Source of the DNA: Chiloscyllium plagiosum
Taxonomy: Eukaryota
Direction of reading: 5' to 3'
Assembly (NCBI RefSeq): GCF_004010195.1
Contig: NC_057718.1
Coordinates: forward strand, 77,667,145 to 77,731,144
Length of the DNA stretch: 64,000 bases
The position numbers were made by a program, and so were the translations under genes. Under the pieces are notes generated by a model. The model worked only from the letters and a program-made list of their open reading frames with translations, was not told the origin of the DNA and made no database searches. Numbering within the stretch: the stretch's first letter is position 1; each line of letters starts with the position of its first letter. Of this stretch, positions 61,075 through 64,000 are shown in pieces.

Positions 61075-61895
61075 ATAGGAAGGCTGTTGCAAAACTTGTA
61101 AGGATTCAGAAAAGGATGTTACCAGGATTAGAGTTTTGAGCTATAGGGAGAGGCTGAATATGCTGGGGCTGGTTTTGCTGGACCATCTGAGGCTGAGAGG
61201 TGACCTTGTAGAGGTTTATAAAATCACGAGGGGCAAGGAGAGGGGGAATTGAACCTTGGACCCTGGTGCTGGTTAGCACTGCTGCCTCACAGAACCAGGG
61301 TCCCAGGTTCGATTCCAGCCTCGGGCAACTGTCTTTGTGGAATTTGCACGTTCTCCCTGTGTCTATGTGGATTTCCTCCAGGTGCTCCGGTTTCCTCCCA
61401 CAGTCCAAAGATGTGCAGGTCAGGTGAATTGGCCATGCTAAATTGCCCATAGTGTTAGATGCATTAGTCAGAGGGAAATGGATCTGGGTGGGTTGCTCTT
61501 CGTAGGGTCAGTGTGGACTTGTTGGGCCGAAGGGCCTGTTTCCACACTGTAAGGAATCTAATCTAAGCTAATCTAATCTAATCTTTTCCTCAGGGTAGCA
61601 GAGTCCAAAACTAAAGGGCAAAAGTTTAAAGTGCGAGGAGAGAGATTTAAAAGGGACGTAAAGGGTAACTTTTTCACGCAGAAGATGGTGCGTGTATGGA
61701 ATGAGCTGCCAAAGCAAGAGGTGGAGGCCTAGTTGCAACATTTAAATGGCATCTGGATGGGTATTTGAATAGGAAGAGTTTGGTGGGATATGGGCCAAGT
61801 GCTGGCAAATGGGACTAGATTTGGATATCTGTTCAGCATGGATGAGTTGGACTGAAGGGTCTGTTGCCAAGTTGTACAGCTCTGTAACTCTGACT
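61075..61895 (+). mobile_element. CR1 3' part interrupted by HE1 SINE (~61245-61582)
   Basis: CR1 homology on both sides of the SINE; (taatc)n SINE tail. Confidence 0.88.
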
Positions 61896-61944
61896 ACGGT
61901 GAGATGGACTCCCTGACCAGACTATGCCAAGTAGATGTCTGAGC

Positions 61945-63222
61945 TTAACCCAGTGGATGTTATCTACCTATACTTCCAAAAGGCCTTTGATAAGGTGCCA
62001 CACGGGAGGCTGCTGAGCAAGGTGAGGGCCCATGGTGTTCGAGGTGAGCTACTGGTATGGATTGAGGATTGGCTGTCTGCAGAAGGATCTAGACAGTTTG
62101 GAAGAGTGGTCCAGGAAATGGCTGATGGAATTCAATGTGAGCAAATGCGAGGTCTTGCACTTTGGAAAAAAGAATACAAACATGGACTACTTTCTAAACG
62201 GTGAGAAATATTGTAAAGCCAAAGTACAGAGGGATCTGGGAGTGCTAGTTGAGGATTCTCTAAAGGTAAACATGCAGGTTGAGTCCGTGATTAAGAAAAC
62301 AAATGCAATGTTGTCAATTATCTCAAGAAGGTTGGAATATAAAAGCACTGTTGTGCTACTGAGACTTTATAAAGCTCTGGTTAGGCCCCATTTGGAGTAC
62401 TGTGTCCAGTTTTGGTCCCCACACCTCAGGAAGGACATACTGGCACTGGAGTGTGTCCAGCGGAGATTCACACGGATGATCCCTGGAATGGTAGGTCTAA
62501 CATATGAGGAACGGCTGAGGATCCTGGCATTGTATTCATTGGAGTTTAGAAGATTAAGGAGAGATCTAATAGAAACTTACAAGATAATACATGGCTTGGA
62601 GAGGGAGGACGCTAGGAAATTGTTTCCGTTAGGCGAGGAGACTAGGACCCGTGGACACAGCCTCAGAATTAGAGGGGGTAAATTGTGGGCGGCACAGTGG
62701 CACAGTGGTTAGCACTGCTGCCTCACAGCGCCAGAGAACCGGGTTCAATTCCCGACTCAGGCGACTGACTGTGTGGAGTTTGCACATTCTCCCCGTGTCT
62801 GCGTGGGTTTCCTCCGGGTGCTCCGGTTTCCTCCCACAGTCCAAAGATGTGCGGGTCAGGTGAATTGGCCATGCTAAATTGCCCGTAGTGTTAGGTTGTA
62901 GGGGTATGGGTGGGTTGCGCTTCGGTGGGTCGGTGTGGACTTGTTGGGCCGAAGGGCCTGTTTCCACACTGCAAGTAATCTAATCTAAATTCAGAACAGA
63001 AATGCGGAGACATTTCTTCAGCCACAGAGTGCAGTGGAGGCTAGGACGCTAAATGTCTTCAAGGCAGAAATTGATAAGTTCTTGATGTCACAAGGAATTA
63101 AGGGCTACGGGGAGAATGCAGGTAAGTGGAGTTGAAATGCCCATCAGCCATGATTGAATGGCGGAGTGGACTCGATGGGCCGAATGGCCTTACTTCCGCT
63201 CCTATGTCTTATGGTCTTATGG
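61945..63222 (+). mobile_element. CR1 LINE 3' part interrupted by HE1
   Basis: FQKAFDKVPHGRL; ORF 62032-62712 LYKALVRPHLEYCVQFWSP; tcttatggtcttatgg tail. Confidence 0.93.
62685..62985 (+). mobile_element. HE1-type SINE, full length
   Basis: A box tggcacagtgg, B box ggttcaattcc, V domain, (taatc)n tail, taaatt duplication. Confidence 0.93.
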
Positions 63223-63619
63223 ACAAATCCCTGGACTATCTGAAGACACTGGCCTTGTCTGTACTGGGACCCCCTGACTGACCATAGGCCTCCTTGAGGT
63301 AACTAAGGACTACAACTTCCAACTTTGTTTCAACTTTGACATGTGACAATTTGCAGTGTCCTTATCTCACAGGGAGTGTTGATTCAGCTCACAGCTAAAC
63401 TGAGGTAACGCAGGAGTACTGTGTTCCTTTAAATTGTGGCTGAAGTGACAAAAAGGCATCACAAGGCAGGAGTGCTCTGAGCATGCTAGTTGAGTGAGCG
63501 CTAAGACAGCAAGTGTGCATCCCTGATATACAGCCTTGTATAATCCAGGAGTTAGGACCCTGTCTGTGCAGCAAAATGACCTTTCAGCAGTTTCCGATGA
63601 AAAGTGCAAAATTCACAGA

Positions 63620-64000
63620 GACATAGATTCATACAACTTAGAAGTGGACCCCTCAGTCTAACTCATCTGCCCTAACCAGACATCCCAATCTGACCTAGTC
63701 CCATTTGCCAGCATTTGTCCCTTCACACTCGAAACCCTTCCTATTCATGTACTCATCCAGGTGCCTTTTAAGTGTTGTGATTATACCAGCCTCCACCAAG
63801 GCCTCTGTCAGCTCGTTCCTTATATGCACCACCCTCTGCATGAAAAACATTACCCCTCAGGTTCTTTTTAAATTTTTCTCTCGTGTTAAACCCATACCTT
63901 CTAGTTTTGGACTCCCCCACCCTAGGAAAAAGACCTTGGCTATTCACCCTATCCAGCCCCTTCAAGTTTTTATAAACCTCTAAATGGTCACCTCTCAGCC
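63620..64000 (-). mobile_element. CR1 3' part
   Basis: Reverse complement of the CR1 tail and ORF2 end; runs off the window. Confidence 0.88.

Noticed and set aside
62032..62712. 226-aa ORF as a gene
   Set aside because: Truncated CR1 ORF2 running into an HE1 SINE

Overview
Repeat-dense vertebrate genomic DNA with no recognisable host protein-coding gene. The repeat content (HE1/V-SINE-type SINEs, CR1 LINEs, Penelope-like elements) points to a shark; this is inference. The long ORFs are all transposon remnants or minisatellite read-through. The window holds many CR1 fragments, Penelope-like RT/GIY-YIG fragments with minimal hammerhead-ribozyme cores, Harbinger relics, a decayed Gypsy-like element, two large minisatellites (28-bp and 23-bp units) and one assembly gap. 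The most notable structure is at 29.5-38.9 kb. There a ~215-bp LTR-like element, also present uninterrupted at 6762-6978, is split near its TATA box by a near full-length Tx1-clade LINE and six further Tx1 3' ends. Several of these are followed by divergent copies of the LTR's downstream half. This suggests a Tx1 family that specifically targets this LTR and transduces it. All alignments were read by eye, so boundaries are approximate.
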